This document shows, piece after piece, positions 58,667 to 64,000 of a stretch of DNA of 64,000 bases. Both the position numbers and the translations under genes were made by a program. The notes beneath the pieces were generated by a model. The model made no database searches, had not been told where the DNA came from, and saw nothing but the letters and a program-made list of their open reading frames with translations. How positions within the stretch are numbered: the first letter of the stretch is position 1; every line of letters starts with the position of its first letter. Source of the DNA: Anthoceros angustus (lineage: Eukaryota; Plantae; Anthocerotophyta). The stretch is taken from positions 1,984,001 through 2,048,000 of the forward strand of contig MU008161.1 in assembly GCA_010909165.1 (NCBI GenBank), in the 5' to 3' direction.

Positions 58667-60627
58667 CACTAGTAGTTTCTGGGTACATACGCATGAACAT
58701 ATTGTACCTTGAGTTGTGGACTATCGACGGTTACACATGCGCTATCTTCAATATAATGCTGAAATGCGGACACGGCCAACCATTGGCCGCGAAATGACAC
58801 GTTTCCCAGCCATTGCTTCCAAAGGGATCACATGCCAGAGGACGCCTACCCAAATCCGACATATGTATATTTGCAGCTGCTCTTGACTTTGAAATGACTA
58901 CAAAGACGAGCTCCAAGCATGGCAATGTAGGCAGCAATACACACCATTTTTTGAGCTCTAAGTCTACATACACTTTCAATATAAGTAGCATCTTCAAGAG
59001 CTTGTTGAGCTGGAGATGGAAGACTACTTTGGACGATCCTGGGCAAAAGGTTGCATAGCCACAGTGATGCTTCCTGCTCCTCATCTCTCTCTTAGGGTTC
59101 GCAATTGCCTCAAACGACGTCTCTGGTATGTGGAAATTAATCTGTCTGAGTTGGATGGATGGTTTCAAATTGCTTTGCTTCCTGAGCAACAATGCCAACC
59201 CATTCATTGCCTTTGCAGGATTTCATAGCGAAAAGCTCCTCCAACTGCTAGTCTTGCTTGGGACACAGGCCATGCTGATCAACTGCAGGTGAGAATGTCA
59301 CGAGTTCCTGACATTTGCTGTCTAGAGTCTGGAAAGTTTTTGGTGAGCTAAAAACTTGAGCACCATCAAATTTGCAGCTCCATATGCATCGCAAGCTTCT
59401 GAGATTCTTCGTTTCCAACGTTTATAGGACTCCATCAGTAAATCCATCACTGTAATTAGGAGCAGCCCATGATGGATGACGCCAACTACTGAGTAGGAGG
59501 CCAAAAGCTAATGCTAGCTTCTCAGCATGTCTACATGGAGGGCCGCCTTTCTGCTTGTCAACGATATGTGACCATTTGAACACCATTTCTTTTCTTCCTT
59601 TATTGCTTCCTCCTCCATATATGTTGGTTTAGGTAGCTTCAGATGAGCATCACAACTCTAAGCACCAATCGTGAACTTAAGAGGTCTAAAGTGATTCACT
59701 TCAACCAAGGCCATTAACGGCCTTCTTCTGGCCATGGCCGGCATCTCACGTGGTGCTTTCTCATCCTCTTCATACTGCCAGCAAATATATAATCCCAGGA
59801 AGGAATACATAATCTTTCAGAATGACGAACTACATCGGTTGGCACAAGGTTATGAAGAACAACATGATTATCTTGGAGAACCTTAACAAAATCCTATGAA
59901 ATTTCCTAGTTTTCTGTTGCTGGTACCCGTTTTTTCTTGGTTGCTTCCTCTAGGCAATGCCAAAACACATGTGATAACTCCGTAGAGAGCTCTTTTCATG
60001 GCCTTCGAACCGGGTGCCTCATTCCTTCTATTTAGACGAGTCATTCCTTCACCACCTTGGAAAAGGCCTTTTTGCTTGACGTAAAGACATGAATTTATTG
60101 AAGGCACTATCCTGTCGGAATTTCTGCATATATAGTTCTGTTTTCAAGTTCCTTCATGATTAATTAATCATTTTCATCCATACCTTGTAAATTTATTTTT
60201 TAATAAGTATATCATAATATTAACACGGGTAAATACCGTGCCATGTCATGGAACAACACATACCATATGCGGGAATCCTTAAAATACATTATTATGGAAT
60301 TAAAGTATTTAAAAGCCGCTATGGCAGAAGGCATGGCCTCCCCAAGGTCAGGCATGGTCTGGCACGCTTATGGGCCCACGCATGGCTTAGCAAGGCCTAG
60401 GCCCGCCAGATCATACCATTTTAGTCGAGAACTAACCAGAGTTACGGGGGCATGATAGTCCACATGCAATGTGTATACCCGAGATAGCAGCCCAGAGGCA
60501 TTTATAACATTGAATATAACAAGCGCATTCAGATCCAAGTATTAAAACTGTCAATATATTAGATTTTCTTGATGTGACAAATTAACATTACATCTTGTAG
60601 AACAAGGCTTCCATTTTTCTAGTAGTG
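58667..60627. mobile_element. Possible non-autonomous CACTA (Pack-CACTA) element carrying gene fragments
   Basis: Left end CACTAGTAG; right end TTTTTCTAGTAGTG (reverse complement CACTACTAG, 8/9 match). 3-bp flanks ATA / GTA. No transposase inside. Confidence 0.4.
58800..59500 (-). pseudogene. Degenerate coding fragment of unknown family, paralogous to 63050-63950
   Basis: Shared translated blocks RIS(E/D)ACDAY.AA, TFSPAV.QHG, SLWLCNL, EDAT and AMLGA.LCS.F. Multiple stops. Confidence 0.55.
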
Positions 60628-60785
60628 GTATACTTGGAGACTCAAGAGGAATATTATTTGGAAAACCATTATGAGAATTCGAAAGATCCGAAACAATTTC
60701 ATCCCCAATATGTTGATCCACACCATGATCGTTATGAAGATCATTTTGAGCATCATTTTGAGAACGAGCAGGACCAACAAGAATT

Positions 60786-62060
60786 TTATTTTTTTATTTC
60801 TACACGACCATTTTGTTGTGATGAGTAAGGAATAGTGGTCTGATGTTGAATACCAAAAGAAGATAAATAATTCTGAAATTTTGTTGAAGTATATTCACCA
60901 CGGTCCATTGTGTCTACGCAAAACTTTACGCATGTGATTAGTACAGCGATAGAAGAAGTAAACAAGATAAAAGCTTTTGCATCTTTTTTCTCCCGTTCAG
61001 CTTGCTCAATAGGAGTACTATTCACTCGATAAGCTTCAGTGCCATCAACAAAAGGGCAGTCCCTTTTGAGAGCACCTTCAACACAAAACTTCCATATTGC
61101 AAAATTACTCCCATTAAACTTAGTAATACACGTACACACCTCATTATCAGAAGCCATAGAAAATATCTACTAACAATGAAAAAATCACAAAAAAAGAGAA
61201 ATAACCTTAAAAAAAAGCTAGAAAAAAAACAACCAAAAAACCCTCACAAAAATCCGGAAAAAGACTAGAACCTTCAACTCTTAGAGCTGGTACCTCCAGC
61301 CAAAAATCCTTCACAAACTGGAACCTTAAGCCAAAAAACCCTCACACAGTGGAACCTTCAGCCAAAAACCCTCACAAACTGGAACCTTAAGGCCAGAAAA
61401 CCCTCACACAATGGAACCTTCAGCCAAAAAACCCTCAAAATTGGAACCTTCAGCTTCTAGAGGTGGTACCTTCAACTAGAAAACCTTTTTGTTGCGCTAA
61501 CAAAAACCTTTCATTGCCCTCACTAAAAACACTTTCGTTGCACTCCTCACAAAACGTTTTCGTTGGACTCCTCACAAAACACTTTCATCGCACGTATAAT
61601 TTTGTCTAAAAATCTTCAAACGTAAAATACGTGGTTTGGACATATGTTCTATCAAAACTTAGCTATGATACCTTGATAAAATATGCCAAGAACACAACAA
61701 GAAACACCATTTGGGTAGAAAGAGGTTTCTTCAGTGACCCTTTTTTTGCACAAGGACTTTCGTGAACTCCAAATTGCACGCTGAAAAATCCACACTAAAA
61801 TCGGTCGTTTTGAAGAGTTTAAGTCTTATTTACACGTCTAAGTCATAAAGCTAAATGTGTGTCCAAATGGCTTAGGCCAAATGGACACACATTTACAAGA
61901 ACGTCGTAATTAAGCATCGCTTAGATTGGTACTTAGATGGGGTGCCTAAAGGTAGTGGATGCCCTAAGTGCAAGTAGCTTAGGCACACCATGGTACAAGT
62001 TGTTATACACCAAGTCCCATGACGGAAATCGTCCTTAGTGGACTTGAATAAAATTCTTCT
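60786..62060 (-). mobile_element. Truncated Ty1/copia: gag N-terminus fused to integrase core, leader with ~30 bp tandem repeats, PBS-like site and LTR
   Basis: MASD..KFNGSNFAIWKF..VDGTE joined to DRGEYTSTKFQNYLSSFGIQHQTTIPYSSQQNG. ggaacctt..gccaaaaaccctcaca repeats at 61290-61460. GGTATCATAGCT (-) at ~61660-61671. The ~190 bp segment at 61865-62060 recurs at ~48230, 50350 and 52390. Confidence 0.75.
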
Positions 62061-62284
62061 TTTTTTCTAAATAGATAAAGCCACATATTAAACTCAAACT
62101 CATGAGATAAAAAGTACCCGTGAGATTATTTATCTATATAATTTAATATCTAGTATACACACATTATTAAAAATTTAATAAATAGATAAAACCACACACG
62201 TGCACATCTATGCATATAAATTATATTTGATCCTAAGTAATCCTAATAAATTACTGTAGACTGCTCTCGTCTACGATGGTAGGT

Positions 62285-62450
62285 CAGCCCGTCCTCCTAA
62301 GGTTTTGCTTAGCAATGTGTGGTCCCAGCTTCTCTTGCACGGCTGAGGCTTTGGCTCAAAAATCAATCAGCCCGTCCCCCTAAGGTTTTGCTTAGCAATG
62401 TGTGGTCCCAGCTTCTCTTGGCACGGCTGAGGCTTTGGCTCAAAATTCTC
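62285..62450. repeat. 83 bp tandem duplication
   Basis: cagcccgtcc.cctaaggttttgcttagcaatgtgtggtcccagc occurs at 62285 and 62368. Confidence 0.9.
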
Positions 62451-63049
62451 CAACCAAGTTCAAAAGTAAAAAATGGACTGTATACAGCCGGAATTCTTGT
62501 GTATACAGCCGGAATTCTTGTGCTCGTGCCTGGCCTCTAGTGAAAACCTCATTGCCTGTGAACCCAACCCCCCTTGGTCACCCTCCACATGAGTGCGTTA
62601 GTAGCCCAACCCCTTTCTAGCTTCAGGTTTGGCATCATGCCGCTAGGGAAGTAGTCTTTTGCTCTACACTGCACAGATCTGGCTTTCCTTATGAAGTAAA
62701 GTTTCACCAAAAAAAATGAAAGCACAAACTCAAAAAACAAATCAGCTACGCATATACACGGGGGCAACCCTCCAACTCTTCCATGTGATTCAAACTTCAA
62801 AACCATACACTGACATCCAGAAGTCTCACATGATGCACCCACATTCATGAGGATCATGCGAGACTCTGGTCCATGCACAAAGCGGGAAAGCAACCTTCAG
62901 AGACCTTTTTATGGACTCCAGTCGTGGACTCGAACAATGCAACCGTGCGCTATCGTCAATATGTACTGAAATATGGGACCCGGCCGACCCTTGGCTGTTT
63001 CCAGGCGTTGCTTTGAAGAGAGGATATGTCAGAGGACGCCTTCATGAGG

Positions 63050-63950
63050 CTACTAGTATTCTACAATTTGCTTCTGCCAAGTTGGTGGCTAAAAGGGAAC
63101 CCAGGAACAACGACTTCTTGACATTCAGACGTTGCAGCTGGAGCCGGGCCTGTAACGAAGACGCCACGCGCAACCCAGCAATCGGCACAGCTGTTGTCTT
63201 CAAAAGGACTACAGAGATAAGCTCCGAGCATAGCTCTCTGGAGGCAGCAAGAGATACCAGTTTTTCAACTCGAGATCTACACAGTAGCATCTTCAGGAGC
63301 TTGCCGATATGGAAGCATGCTCTGGACGCTCCCCTGGCAAAGATTGCATAGCCACAATGATGCTGTTGCTGTTGCTCCTCCTCTCTCTCTTGGGTTTAGC
63401 GATGGCCTCAAATGACCTCTCTGGTATGTGAAAATCTGCTTGTGCTGGATGGACGGTTCCAAATTGCTTCGTGTCCTGCCAACCCCTTCATTGCCTTCGC
63501 ACAATGCAGGATCTGGTAGCAAAAAGCTCCTTCAACCGCAACCGCCCAGTCCCACTTGGTACAGTGGCCGTGCTGATGAACTGCAGGTGAGAATGTCATG
63601 AGTTTCTGTTTGTTAGACTCGGAAAGGTTTCCAGTGAGGTAACAGCTGCAGCACCATTTTGCAGCTTGATATGCGTCGCAAGCGTCTGAGATCCTCCCCT
63701 TTCACCCTTCAGACGCCACCACTTGCATCAAGTGTGTGGGAACGTAATCCATCACGTGTGGTGGACCCTCCATCGCCACACCCGCCACCCTCTGTTCCTC
63801 ATTAGTGAAGACTGTGGGAAAACCACCATCTCCCCTATAATATGACAAGGTGCCAGGGAACAGAGTGCATTTGTCGGCATGGAGACCATACATAGTCTGT
63901 GAGTGAGCATCCCCATATGGACATTTCCCATCGGTGAAGTGATGCACGAG
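63050..63950 (-). pseudogene. Degenerate coding region of unknown family, paralogous to 58800-59500
   Basis: ORF pieces 63702..63947, 63408..63599, 63277..63522 and 63042..63290 are homologous to the 59 kb copy, with frameshifts. Confidence 0.5.
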
Positions 63951-64000
63951 GTGGGCGTCTCTGACTAAAATAACTCGGCCTTTAAGCGTGGACAGGCTCT

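Noticed and set aside
57645-58675. Helitron call for the AT-rich insertion (CTAG near 58668)
   Set aside because: No convincing GC-rich hairpin before the CTAG and no clear 5' TC at an A|T target.
62549-62893. ORF with HGRVGGLPP / KDYFPSGMMPNLKLERGW and an intron-like T-rich insert
   Set aside because: Possibly a gene fragment, but no assignable domain or gene boundaries.

Overview
Eukaryotic nuclear DNA from a compact-genome, seedless land plant. The 80-100 bp GT-AG introns, very short intergenic spacers and PLS-class PPR remnants suggest a hornwort- or Selaginella-like genome (inference). Region 1-9.4 kb holds four intact, tightly packed spliced genes: a P-class PPR-SMR gene (-, runs off the left edge), LPA3 (+), a CCDC47/DUF1682 gene (-) and ISPD/MCT (+). 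Region 9.5-12.6 kb contains degenerate minus-strand coding remnants, including a metazoan-type caspase (C14A) domain with KPKVFVINACRG and a p10-like STxxGxxSFR..GSLF segment. Region 12.6-31.4 kb is a nested TE block: scrambled Ty3/gypsy RT-RNaseH, a Ty1/copia with an iMet PBS, and a ~12.4 kb LTR-bounded Ty3/gypsy. That gypsy's pol region carries a cytosine-5 DNA methyltransferase domain (motifs I-VI) directly after the protease. Region 33.3-39.8 kb is an intact TPR + J-domain (DnaJ) gene. Region 40-64 kb is a rearranged zone: three copies of a chimeric module (signal-peptide ORF, SYP61 fragment, intron-containing fragments of the neighbouring DnaJ-TPR gene), two more internally deleted copias, a triple ~2.1 kb tandem, and a possible Pack-CACTA. 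Several kb-scale tandem copies differ mainly by 1-4 bp indels, a pattern typical of unpolished long-read consensus, so frameshifts in repeats may be partly artefactual. No tRNA, rRNA or CRISPR array was recognised.
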